From positions 395 to 64,394 of the forward strand of contig JBFWON010000003.1 in assembly GCA_050250515.1 (NCBI GenBank): a stretch of 64,000 bases of DNA. Direction: 5' to 3'. Below, piece after piece: positions 9,850 to 19,301 of this stretch. How positions within the stretch are numbered: the stretch's first letter is position 1; the number at the start of each line of letters is the position of its first letter. The position numbers were made by a program, and so were the translations under genes. Under the pieces are notes generated by a model. It was not told the DNA's origin. It saw nothing but the letters and a program-made list of their open reading frames with translations, and ran no database searches. The stretch comes from Bdellovibrionales bacterium (GTDB lineage: Bacteria > Bdellovibrionota > Bdellovibrionia > Bdellovibrionales > UBA1609).

Positions 9850-11205
9850 TTAGCGACGGACCTTAAATTCTACCCGACGGTTCATCGCGCGACCTTGGAA
9901 GTTTCCATTGTCGGCAATCGGACGAGACTCTCCGTAACCAATGGCCTTGACCTTCGTCGAGGGCAATCCCAGGCGAACCAACGTCTTACGTACAGTTTCG
10001 GCCCGGCGCTGACTCAACTTTTCGTTGTAGGCCGAGCTGCCAATCGAATCTGTATGCCCCTCAATTTCAAGTGAGCTAAATCCAGGGGGCCTTTGCAGGT
10101 AGTTAACTAAGCTCTTCAGACTCAGCTCGGCCTCCGGCTGCAGCTGATCCGAATTGAACTCGAATAGCACGTCGCGAGCCACGAACGCCTCGTTCACATT
10201 TGGATCACCGGCAAATGGATCACCGGTATCCAAGTCTTCCATAGATTTGAGCGTCTGGTCTTTCACGCGAACAATAACGTTGCGAGGTTTATAAAACAAC
10301 GGACCTAGCACCCAATTCAAACCCGTATACAAGCGCCAATCGGGCGAGGATGTACCGTGAATGATCTCTGTGCCGCCACCAAAGTGCATGGCGACGGCGC
10401 GGGTCACGTCCCATTTCATGCCAAGCAAGAACTCCGCGGACTCATCATTGCGATCCGAAACAAACTGCTTCGAATCCACCGGCATGCTACCAAAAACTTC
10501 GGCGATAATTTTCGTGTTCCAACTGGTGTAGTAGCTCAAAGCCACAGATGCGATGTATTCGTCATCAATTGGTTGTACGGGTACACCTGAAATCTGAGTT
10601 CCAGGGTCACGAATGCGATAACCAATGTTGGCACCTGTCGCAAATCGTCCAAACGTCGTATCGCCGGCCAGCTCCAAGTTGTAGGTGGGACCCGCGTTAT
10701 TTCCAATGAACGGATTGTCTTCAATTTGATTGAAGTTGGCCGACAACACTCCGGCGATACCATGATCGTGATCACCAATAAACCGGTACTTGGTCATCAA
10801 TCGAACTTCCGTTAGACCATTTTCAGCAAACTCCCCGCGGAAGGTCGAAACATCGCTATCCACCTTTTGACGAAGCAACATAGGAAAGCTAAATCCCGCT
10901 TCCCAATTCGGCAACAATCCCAAGGCAAAGTTGAAGTCGGCCGAGAGCAGTGTGTCGCGAAAATTAGTTCGACTTTGGGTCGAGGTATCTTCGTAGTTGG
11001 GCAAGCTATTCACTGCGTAGTTAAGGAAGAAACCCAGGTTCAACAAACCCGGATTCAAGACTTCAGAGGAGTGGACGGTCACAAAATCCAAGCCGTCATT
11101 CGTAGGATTGAAATTCTGTGTATCAGCCCCCACCACATTGGCCCGGGAAATCGATGAAAGAAAAATAATCCCCAACAGCGACGCAAACCTGATGCAACGA
11201 ACCAT
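9850..11205 (-). CDS. OmpA-family outer membrane protein (beta-barrel plus peptidoglycan-binding domain)
   Basis: Signal peptide; beta-strand-rich N-terminal part; IEGHTDSIG, NEKLSQRRA, GYGESRP and NRRVEF OmpA_C motifs. Confidence 0.95.
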   Translation of the reverse strand: MVRCIRFASLLGIIFLSSISRANVVGADTQNFNPTNDGLDFVTVHSSEVLNPGLLNLGFFLNYAVNSLPNYEDTSTQSRTNFRDTLLSADFNFALGLLPNWEAGFSFPMLLRQKVDSDVSTFRGEFAENGLTEVRLMTKYRFIGDHDHGIAGVLSANFNQIEDNPFIGNNAGPTYNLELAGDTTFGRFATGANIGYRIRDPGTQISGVPVQPIDDEYIASVALSYYTSWNTKIIAEVFGSMPVDSKQFVSDRNDESAEFLLGMKWDVTRAVAMHFGGGTEIIHGTSSPDWRLYTGLNWVLGPLFYKPRNVIVRVKDQTLKSMEDLDTGDPFAGDPNVNEAFVARDVLFEFNSDQLQPEAELSLKSLVNYLQRPPGFSSLEIEGHTDSIGSSAYNEKLSQRRAETVRKTLVRLGLPSTKVKAIGYGESRPIADNGNFQGRAMNRRVEFKVRR

Positions 11206-11281
11206 AATGCTCCCCCTAGCTATCTAAGGATAGGGGTGACTTATGTCGTTTTGCAACAGTAAGCTTTTGCATGGAGGTCTT

Positions 11282-11836
11282 ATGATTCGATGGTTTTGCT
11301 TCATCAGTCTAATATTATCGTTACATAGCGCCCATGCGGAAGACGGTGCTCACCAAATCAAATTCAGCTATCGGAATGCAGATATTGTCAAAGTCGTCGA
11401 GGAGTACGCTAAAGAAAGCCACGAGCGATTTATGGTCGATCCTTCCGTCAAGGGCAAAGTCACCATCATCAATCCGGACCGAATCACTCTTGCCGAAGCT
11501 TACAATCAACTCTCGAGTGCCCTCGCCCTCAATAGCGTGGCGATTTCGAAACAAGGAGATATCTTTGTCGTCAGCCCATCGCGCGCCGTTCAAAGAAGTC
11601 TGATCGAAGTTGGATCCGAGCTTCCAAGCCTAAAACCAGAGCGCATGTTCACTTGGATTATCCAGCTTAAGTACGCCTCGGCCGATGAAATCAATAAACA
11701 GATTCGAACGTTGTCTTCCAAAGATGGCGAACTTGTTCCCTATACTCGCAACAATCAGATTCTCATCACCGATTGGGTCTCCAACCTTCATCGGGTGGCC
11801 AAAATTGTGGATCAACTCGACGTTAAGGCGAAGTGA
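11282..11836 (+). CDS. Stand-alone secretin N-terminal (GspD N0/N1-like) domain protein
   Basis: FSYRNADI..VV, VDPSVKGKVTII, IIQLKYASA and NQILITD motifs of GspD N domains; no secretin barrel. Start refined to ATG 11282 (GGAGG RBS); the track ORF starts at 11243. Confidence 0.8.
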   Translation: MIRWFCFISLILSLHSAHAEDGAHQIKFSYRNADIVKVVEEYAKESHERFMVDPSVKGKVTIINPDRITLAEAYNQLSSALALNSVAISKQGDIFVVSPSRAVQRSLIEVGSELPSLKPERMFTWIIQLKYASADEINKQIRTLSSKDGELVPYTRNNQILITDWVSNLHRVAKIVDQLDVKAK

Positions 11837-12828
11837 ATTTGAAAAAGGCAATTGGACCCATTTTCATTTTCTTCGGAGTGATTCTGGCGGCTTCCTCTAC
11901 GCCAGCCCTTGCTCAAGCCGGGGCCGGCTATCAGCCCCAGGTGGTACCACCGGCCACAGCCCCGTCGGCCAGCGGACCCAATACCTCTACAAATGGTCCT
12001 GCTGCAGGTGGGGCGGGAGGCACCCCAGGATTCGGGAACTCCAATTTACCTGCGGGACTGCCCGACTCGTCCGCCGGCGCGAATGGCAGTCCTTCGCGGA
12101 TCGACGACTTGCTTAAGCAGTTTGTCGGCCCCAACAATGGCGAATACTTTGATGGACCGACCGGCGCTTCTGGTGAGTATTTTGGCCCTGGCGTGATGGA
12201 GGCCTGTGGCACTCCGCCCGCGGCGGTAATGGAACAATTTGAAATGATCAAGAAGTTCAGAGCCGCCTGTGTCTTGGCCCAACGCGGAGACAATCAGAAG
12301 ATCGCGGTCAACGATTTCTCTTCGAGCAACACAAAGGAAGCCTCCTACATGTACATCATGGACAAAGACGGAAAGTGCCTGGGCAAAACCATGGTCGCTT
12401 TTGGCAACGGGGCCGGCGGCGCAAGAGTCGGCTGTGGGGATGCCAACAGCCACCTCACCCCACCGGGCTGTCATCTCACGGCCGTACACAATGGCAGCAA
12501 CAAATACAATGCCTCCAACAGCTTGAAAATGGTGGGTCTGCAAGGACAAGGAAGCACGGGGCGAGGAATATTAATTCACGCCACGCGTGCCCCTGGTACT
12601 TCAAGCACGTGGGGATGTGCGGGCGTGGGGTATGATGCATTCAAAGCGGTGCAACAGACCTTGGGATACGGCGCCCTCGTCTGCAATTTCTTTCAAGCCA
12701 ATCAGTTGGCCTCTGGATGTGGAAATCGGCGCGGACTCTCTCTTATGGAGAACGCCTGCCAGCTCGATGCCGATAGCCCCTCGATCCCTTCGCAAGCCAC
12801 CGGCCAAGGTACGCCGGCAGTAAAGTGA
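11833..12828 (+). CDS. Secreted L,D-transpeptidase (YkuD-like) family protein
   Basis: TPPG, RGILIHA and STWGC (His...Cys catalytic motif); signal peptide; low-complexity linker. Confidence 0.8.
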   Translation: MNLKKAIGPIFIFFGVILAASSTPALAQAGAGYQPQVVPPATAPSASGPNTSTNGPAAGGAGGTPGFGNSNLPAGLPDSSAGANGSPSRIDDLLKQFVGPNNGEYFDGPTGASGEYFGPGVMEACGTPPAAVMEQFEMIKKFRAACVLAQRGDNQKIAVNDFSSSNTKEASYMYIMDKDGKCLGKTMVAFGNGAGGARVGCGDANSHLTPPGCHLTAVHNGSNKYNASNSLKMVGLQGQGSTGRGILIHATRAPGTSSTWGCAGVGYDAFKAVQQTLGYGALVCNFFQANQLASGCGNRRGLSLMENACQLDADSPSIPSQATGQGTPAVK

Positions 12829-12832
12829 GGAC

Positions 12833-13237
12833 TTGATGATACGAATCTTCTTATTCACTGGCTTCATTTGTTTATCCGGACTACTCTCGACGTTCGACTC
12901 CATTGCCAGCGCAGCCAATCCAAACAAACCCGTCAAATCGCACCGATCCCCCATTCCCAAAGAGCGGCTAAAAATCAAAAAAGGCGCCGAGATTATCATC
13001 GGCAACTACCTCGAAAAGTCGAACACCTACGAAGTCATTATCAGTCGTGAAAGAGCCGTTGGCCCCAATGTCGCCACACCGGACGCGATCAAAAAATCTG
13101 TGGGCCTAAGTGAACCCGTCAAAGATTTGCAAAAGTCCTGGGCCCGCAGTCCAGGAACCATTTACGTGTTGAAAAAAGACCTACCCTTGCTCTGGGAAGA
13201 AGAAATTTTCAAACGACAAAAGACGCAGAAAAAATAG
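12833..13237 (+). CDS. Secreted basic hypothetical protein
   Basis: 134-aa ORF with signal peptide, directly following the L,D-transpeptidase gene. Confidence 0.65.
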   Translation: MMIRIFLFTGFICLSGLLSTFDSIASAANPNKPVKSHRSPIPKERLKIKKGAEIIIGNYLEKSNTYEVIISRERAVGPNVATPDAIKKSVGLSEPVKDLQKSWARSPGTIYVLKKDLPLLWEEEIFKRQKTQKK

Positions 13238-13247
13238 ACGAGCCGGC

Positions 13248-13928
13248 TCAGTTATTGAGTATCGAGTAGGGCACGTCACTGGTGGATTGAGGATCATTAA
13301 GATCACCCACTCCTATCAAACTGAATCGCAAGCTCGAGCCTTCCTGCGCCCAACGAATTTTCATTTCTGCAGCCAGGGGCCTTAAACAATCCGATGTTAG
13401 GTCGTATACGGCCTCTCCGTCGGCCGCCAGCTCTGGAGTGCTTCCACAGCTACCACCCCATGAACGCCACATATTGGCACCCTCGTCGCCGATAACATGA
13501 ACTTTGGCCATGCCAGAGGACAGGGAAACCAATCCACCACTGCTGCTCTCGGCGTACATCTGCGACTGATAGACAATTTCAATTCGAACGCGAGGCTCGG
13601 AGCAGTCCGCTTGATTCCATGTGTGGAGATCAATCGTGAGGATAGAAGAGTTGGGCCCAAGTGTGATCTGAATCGTATGCGCGATACGATCCATCATATA
13701 CAGGGAAGAATTAGAGATCGGAGAAAAACAAGCCGATTTCCAAACCCCATTCACTGAAATCGAATAACTCGAGTCACTTTGTACCGGGGGACCATCTTTC
13801 ACGGCTGTTGAAGGGGCAAAAATCTGTGCGCAGTTTTGAAAGGTGCCCATCAATACCAACAAAGCAACCACAATCAGAAATCGCTGTCTCACAATAACCC
13901 CCACGGAAGAACAATCTAGGATTTGCAA
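13248..13928 (-). CDS. Hypothetical lipoprotein (FQNC-type signal)
   Basis: Hydrophobic stretch followed by TFQNC, a signal motif common in Bdellovibrio proteins. The true start is probably slightly downstream of 13928. Confidence 0.7.
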   Translation of the reverse strand: MQILDCSSVGVIVRQRFLIVVALLVLMGTFQNCAQIFAPSTAVKDGPPVQSDSSYSISVNGVWKSACFSPISNSSLYMMDRIAHTIQITLGPNSSILTIDLHTWNQADCSEPRVRIEIVYQSQMYAESSSGGLVSLSSGMAKVHVIGDEGANMWRSWGGSCGSTPELAADGEAVYDLTSDCLRPLAAEMKIRWAQEGSSLRFSLIGVGDLNDPQSTSDVPYSILNN

Positions 13929-14067
13929 AACCCTGGCCCGACTGGTGAGCTCGTCCTCAAAAATACTACGACTGCCGGAGAGTTCAGTGGATAGAGTTCA
14001 GGCGGTGCCAAATATTTGGCCTGTCTCAGAAATAGACAACCTCATTCAACGGTGACATGCTTGTGCG

Positions 14068-14703
14068 ATGAGAATTTGTTCTTTTCCTCTTTGGGTCGCC
14101 GTAAGTCTCGCAGTAGTCTCAATTCACGCCCCTGCTGAAATTGCTTTTGTCGACGGACAATGTCGGGATTCCGAAACTGGAAAACCAGCCTGGCATGAAC
14201 ATCTATTGGCGCCCTGTAGTGACTTGGAGAAGAAAACTCTTATCAATCAGGATTTCAACAAACTCGACCTGACGGGTTCCCGCGCAAATCAGGCCAACCT
14301 CAGCCGATCTCGACTGACGAGCACCCGATTTCTTATGATGTCCTGGCCAGATGGTCACTTTGATCAGGGCGTGTGTCACGATTCAAAATTTTCCCACGCG
14401 GATATGCGCGGCTTGAAAGCCAAGGACAGTCAGTGGACCGATTGCCAATTGGACCACGTCGACTTACGAGGAAGTCGTTTTTATCAAGCCCAGATGACGG
14501 GAGGTTCTCTCAGTGGGGCCCGGCTTGCTTACTCGGCCTTGATTCTTTCGACTTTTCGAGATGTGGATCTGCGCGGCACGGACTTCACCGACGCTTTGGT
14601 GAGTATGAACACGTGGCAGGGCTGCGTGTTCGACAACACGACCCAACTGCCATTTTCCGAAGCTAAGGCTCTGGAACTCGGAATGCGTAAGGTGACCAAC
14701 TGA
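14068..14703 (+). CDS. Secreted pentapeptide-repeat protein
   Basis: Signal peptide and A(D/N)LxG-type pentapeptide repeats (LDLTG, ANLSR, ADMRG, VDLRG, TDFTD). Confidence 0.9.
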   Translation: MRICSFPLWVAVSLAVVSIHAPAEIAFVDGQCRDSETGKPAWHEHLLAPCSDLEKKTLINQDFNKLDLTGSRANQANLSRSRLTSTRFLMMSWPDGHFDQGVCHDSKFSHADMRGLKAKDSQWTDCQLDHVDLRGSRFYQAQMTGGSLSGARLAYSALILSTFRDVDLRGTDFTDALVSMNTWQGCVFDNTTQLPFSEAKALELGMRKVTN

Positions 14704-17057
14704 TGCGTGACTATCTAAAAGATCGGTGGGCGGAAATCTCCCGCTCTCCGGCTCTGCAAATTTACGGCGCAGCCCTGACCGTGCTTCATCTCTTAACCAC
14801 CTTCTACTGGTGGAAAAAATGGCCCATTCGAATGGCAGATGCTGACGGAGCCATCTGCTTCCCCTATTTTTCAACCTGTCACCTCGTGCACGGAGGTACA
14901 GAGGCACTTTATCAAAATGTTCTCATCCTTTATGGTGTCTTTAGCTTACTGATCCTGGGTTTCTGGATAGCCAAGAAATGGCGAGAAGCTTGGCTCGGAC
15001 TATTACTAATCACTGTTTTGAAGTTCGCCCTGATGAGCTTGGACTATCGCTTTATGGGGAATTTTCACTACATCTCTTACTGGGTGATCTCCGCTTTTCT
15101 ATTTCTACCCCACGCACAAAAATTCATCCCGCTTCTTTTGTGTGCCATCTATTTTTCGTCCGGGCTCTTAAAAATCAATGCCGAGTGGTTGACCGGTGCG
15201 GCCATTTCCGTCGAGCTTCCACTGCCCCCCTTGGTTAACCAAATTCTATTGTTCTTAACTGTGGTCCTCCAGCTCGTCGGCGTTTGGGGAATTCTTTTTA
15301 GAAAACCCAGCTTTTTTTGGCCGGCCTATTTGGGCCTTATCGCTTTTCACGCTTTTTCTTTTTGGATTGTAGGCTTCTTTTTTCCTGCGGTGATGTTTGT
15401 GATTTTGCTCTTACCACTGCTCAATCGACGATACCCGCCGAGAGGCGGCCTGAAAATCAGCCACTCCATTTTTTTGGGCCTCTACGGGTTTTTTCAACTC
15501 ATTCCCCACCTGGCGAGTGGGGATTCGGCCCTCACGGGTGAGGGACGCACCTTCTCGCTAAATCTTTTTGACTCTCATACCAGTTGCCAGTCCTTTGCCC
15601 ACATTCGAACGAAAGGCCGGATAGCACAAGTTTCCTTTGAAACAGAGACTTTTGCCGCCCGAATCCATTGCGACCCACTTGTGTATTTTTGGACGATCCA
15701 ACGCATCTGCCGCGAAATGAAAGACGAGTCGGACTTTGTCAATGTCGACTGGTACATGCTTAGCCGAAGAGCCACGGACCACGCCTACTCCCGGATCGTG
15801 GAAGCGAGGGATTTTTGCACGAATGAACACCACTACTCGATTTGGCCCCTCAATTCTTTCGTTATAAAGCAGAGCCAAGAAGAGGTCGATCGCGCGGCCA
15901 TGAAGGAGCGCGTGCAAACACGGTCCGTGCCCAAAATAGCGAATTCCACCAAGCTCTCTCCCCCCGTCACTTCCAATTATCGAGGCGATGCTCAAAGAAG
16001 CGGGCGCCATCCGTGGAGTTCCCATTTTCAAAATCGTCCCCGCGAAATTTGGCGTCACCCTATCGGCAATGTAGGTATTCATGGGGCCAGCAAGGCCAGC
16101 CCGGCTGTGGACAACACCGGTGTCTACGTGGGCTCGGACTCGGGCTGGTTTTCAGCCTTTGATCTAAAAGGAAACTTGCGCTGGCAGTTTTTTGCCAGCG
16201 ACGCGGACCAGGGAATTCATGGGACGGCCTCTCTCGATGACGAAGCCGTTTATTTTGGCGCCTATAATGGGTTTATATACAAACTAGACAAAGAGGATGG
16301 ACACCTGATTTGGACAAACCCTCTTGGAAATTCCATCGGGGCCTCTCCCTTTCTCACGCAAGATGACCTTTACATCTCAGTTGAGACCTTTGACCCCAAC
16401 GGGTTTTTGGCTAAATTGAATCGGGCCACCGGCGAACTGCGCTGGGTGACTAAGGACTTAGGCAACCATTCGCACTCTTCGCCCGCCTTTTCGATCGATC
16501 AGGGTTCGGTGATTATCGGGGACAACACGTCCCGCTTACGCTCGTTTTCGACTCTCAACGGCGCCTTGCAATGGGAAGTCGAAGCCAAAGGCGAGATCAA
16601 ATCCACTCCCACAGTTGATCGCAACGATCTTTATTTCACCAGCTGGGACAAAGGGCTTTACAAGATAAAGGCCGACACCGGATTGGTGCTTTGGCGATTC
16701 GAAATGGACGAAAAATCGCAAAGTAGCCCCACCGTTTGGCCCGAACACAATTTGGTGGTGGCGGCCACCAATAGCGGCACTGTTTTTGGCGTGAACCTAA
16801 AAACCGGTCGACTGAAGTGGAAAATTCCAGGCTCAGGTCAGCCAAACAAATCCAGCGCGCTTTTATTGGCTGATGGTCGCGACGGCCTCTTTCTGATCGC
16901 CTGCGGAAAGAACCATCTATGCGCCATCAATTATCAAGGTGAAGTTCTTTATCAAATCCCGCTTAAGGGCAGCTTAACAGGCGTCCCGGTCGTCCATGGA
17001 AAGCGACTTTACCTTTCCGAAAACGATCCTGGCTTTTTGATGGCCTTTGAGTGGTAA
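14703..17057 (+). CDS. HTTM/vitamin-K-dependent gamma-carboxylase-like membrane domain fused to a PQQ-like (BamB-type) beta-propeller
   Basis: Multi-TM N-terminal half with GNFHY, IYFSSGLLKINAEWLTG and AFH motifs. C-terminal repeats of the S-P...Y-x-G...G-x-L-x-W type. Confidence 0.8.
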   Translation: MRDYLKDRWAEISRSPALQIYGAALTVLHLLTTFYWWKKWPIRMADADGAICFPYFSTCHLVHGGTEALYQNVLILYGVFSLLILGFWIAKKWREAWLGLLLITVLKFALMSLDYRFMGNFHYISYWVISAFLFLPHAQKFIPLLLCAIYFSSGLLKINAEWLTGAAISVELPLPPLVNQILLFLTVVLQLVGVWGILFRKPSFFWPAYLGLIAFHAFSFWIVGFFFPAVMFVILLLPLLNRRYPPRGGLKISHSIFLGLYGFFQLIPHLASGDSALTGEGRTFSLNLFDSHTSCQSFAHIRTKGRIAQVSFETETFAARIHCDPLVYFWTIQRICREMKDESDFVNVDWYMLSRRATDHAYSRIVEARDFCTNEHHYSIWPLNSFVIKQSQEEVDRAAMKERVQTRSVPKIANSTKLSPPVTSNYRGDAQRSGRHPWSSHFQNRPREIWRHPIGNVGIHGASKASPAVDNTGVYVGSDSGWFSAFDLKGNLRWQFFASDADQGIHGTASLDDEAVYFGAYNGFIYKLDKEDGHLIWTNPLGNSIGASPFLTQDDLYISVETFDPNGFLAKLNRATGELRWVTKDLGNHSHSSPAFSIDQGSVIIGDNTSRLRSFSTLNGALQWEVEAKGEIKSTPTVDRNDLYFTSWDKGLYKIKADTGLVLWRFEMDEKSQSSPTVWPEHNLVVAATNSGTVFGVNLKTGRLKWKIPGSGQPNKSSALLLADGRDGLFLIACGKNHLCAINYQGEVLYQIPLKGSLTGVPVVHGKRLYLSENDPGFLMAFEW

Positions 17058-17080
17058 GGTTTCCGCAACTTTCCCTATCC

Positions 17081-18931
17081 CTACGGGCAGATAGAACGCC
17101 AGCGATCTTTAAACTCAGAACTCTGCAGAAACCCTTCTTCAATTGTTGAGGGAGACACACCCTTGGCTAGGTCGTTCAGCCAATAGTTCAGGCCCGCTTC
17201 ATCGGGATCTCTGGCGAGAAGACCCTGATAAATTCGAGTTAGATATATTTGGCGTGAAATACTCGAGTTCGTGCCGGCCGCAGTTTTAATGGAAGAAAAT
17301 TCCGCACTGTTCAGAAATGTCTTTGCGATCACGTAACAGCGGGCGCCGCCTGCATAGGCTTGACGCCAATAGGTCAGCCCGGCATCATCGGGCTCATGCA
17401 AAAACAAACCGCGATAGAGATTGAATAAAAACTCATCGACGGGACTCCCAATGACCACGGGATTGTTGACGATCGGGCTAGGGCGAAACTGCTCTGCAAG
17501 AGACTCAATTGATCCCTCGCCTGCAACCAGGAGCCGTAAAACTTCATACATGGACGAATCAAGATCTACAGCCCCGACTCCAACCAACGCCTGCCGAACG
17601 CGATCTTTCAAACGAGGCAGACGCGCAGGGTCTCGCAGGAGATCCACACCATCAAATTGTAGGAGGTAGTTGTACAGCATGTCCTTCGGCGAGCCATCGG
17701 TGCGGAACATTCCGTACGTGAAGGGATCGTTCGCCATATCCATCAGTTCCCAACTCATTCTAACTGGCATCAGCGCTTTCAGTCTCGGATCGGAAAAGAA
17801 CTTGGACAAAAACTGGGATTGAGCTTGACCAGAAACCACCGTATTGCCACACGCATTTTGCCTATGACACCCGGCTGACAAAGTCGTCACGCCAAATTCG
17901 CCTAGAATGATTTGATTCTTGTAAACCTCTGGCAAAAAGTCATTGATTCGGCTCGCAAAGTCCACCACATGATTAATGTAATCGTCGACAAAACCTGGGT
18001 CATCGATCCTACCCGTGTTGTTGTAGTAATAGTGAAGATTGGCCATCGCCAATCCGCCTGAACTATAGAAGCTTCGAAAGTATTCTAGATTCCCAGTCGC
18101 TCCCGATGGCATGGTGACGACAATCGGCAAACCCAGTCGATTCATCACGTGCTGAATACCTCCCGATAGAGCCGCGGCCCTCTGACCCAAGCGAGTGTCA
18201 CCGAGCCTGCAGGACGGTCCCGTCGGCAAGGAATCGAGTTCATTGAATGGATCAATCATCACATGTTGGCGAATCCAGTTGCGATCCATGGCAGGATCAT
18301 TCCACAGCGTATTAAGCATCAGGCCGTAAGACTCCGACATATTGTTCTTTAGGACCTCAAACACATCGTCGCCTTCTGGCAGAAAACAAACTCGGTCAGC
18401 CTCGGCGTTTCCTTTGTACCCGACGCGCCCTAGAGCCTCGAGTTCCGGATTCATCCACGTGGGCATCGGCGAGCCCATCGACAACATGATCGTGGCATTT
18501 TGCTTTTGATAAAGGCGCATAATGGTGAGCAATTCCTCTTTGTATCCGAGCACTCCTCTCTTTGGGAAGAATCGGCTCGTCTCAAAGATCTCGCGATAGT
18601 GAAGAAGCGAGGTACCCGTCGTCCCACTGAGAACATCCTTTATATCCTCCAAGGACATAGGCAACGGATGTCGGGGGCATGTGGCGCACACACCGTATTT
18701 TCCATTGAGGTAGCTGGATAGAAGCATGGTATTGGTGCCGGCGCCGGAGGCACCATCGGGCCGATATATTCCCGTAGGAATACTGCCATTAGCCGCTGTG
18801 ACTGAAGATAAGTTGAACGTGGAAGAACCTGTGGCCTGGAGACCTTTGACCGTCTTCGACGAAAAAGGAGAGCACGCCGCAACAATGAGAATCTGGAAAA
18901 AAATAATGCCTAGTTTTTTTGCCCCTGCCAC
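17081..18931 (-). CDS. Lipoprotein with clan GH-A-like glycoside hydrolase domain and two DUF4214-like repeats
   Basis: Lipobox IVAAC; FNEL (acid/base) and ILGEFG (nucleophile) motifs; LYRGLF.HEPDDAGLTYW and IYQGLLARDPDEAGLNYW repeats. Confidence 0.75.
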   Translation of the reverse strand: MAGAKKLGIIFFQILIVAACSPFSSKTVKGLQATGSSTFNLSSVTAANGSIPTGIYRPDGASGAGTNTMLLSSYLNGKYGVCATCPRHPLPMSLEDIKDVLSGTTGTSLLHYREIFETSRFFPKRGVLGYKEELLTIMRLYQKQNATIMLSMGSPMPTWMNPELEALGRVGYKGNAEADRVCFLPEGDDVFEVLKNNMSESYGLMLNTLWNDPAMDRNWIRQHVMIDPFNELDSLPTGPSCRLGDTRLGQRAAALSGGIQHVMNRLGLPIVVTMPSGATGNLEYFRSFYSSGGLAMANLHYYYNNTGRIDDPGFVDDYINHVVDFASRINDFLPEVYKNQIILGEFGVTTLSAGCHRQNACGNTVVSGQAQSQFLSKFFSDPRLKALMPVRMSWELMDMANDPFTYGMFRTDGSPKDMLYNYLLQFDGVDLLRDPARLPRLKDRVRQALVGVGAVDLDSSMYEVLRLLVAGEGSIESLAEQFRPSPIVNNPVVIGSPVDEFLFNLYRGLFLHEPDDAGLTYWRQAYAGGARCYVIAKTFLNSAEFSSIKTAAGTNSSISRQIYLTRIYQGLLARDPDEAGLNYWLNDLAKGVSPSTIEEGFLQSSEFKDRWRSICP

Positions 18932-19010
18932 ATTTTCAGATTAGGGCAGCCTATACTCGGGCGACACTGACATTTTTGAGCCGTTCCAAATTGAGACAGT
19001 AATTATGGGG

Positions 19011-19301
19011 CTAGCTCTTTTTAAATAAAGCTTGGGCGGCCTTTAGCAAATCCTCTTTACTCTTGCCGCCGCCGCCCGAGCCAGAACCCGCTTGAAAAAA
19101 ATCGCAGTGATTGTAGCGATCTTTCTCGCGCACCACTTCGGCCTGGGTTTCACGGCATTCGTTATAGGCCTTCGGATCGTAGAATTGGCAATTGCGGCAA
19201 ACATGCACGTCATAACGACACTTGGGGCACTCTTCTCGAAGACCGATCCGCTCTTTGAAGACCAGTTTTTCTCCGCAATGAAAACACGAGAGCTCAATCA
19301 A
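19011..19301 (-). CDS. Small Cys-rich (zinc-ribbon) hypothetical protein
   Basis: CFHC, CPKC, CRNC plus two further Cys; abuts the glpX stop. Confidence 0.8.
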   Translation of the reverse strand: MIELSCFHCGEKLVFKERIGLREECPKCRYDVHVCRNCQFYDPKAYNECRETQAEVVREKDRYNHCDFFQAGSGSGGGGKSKEDLLKAAQALFKKS

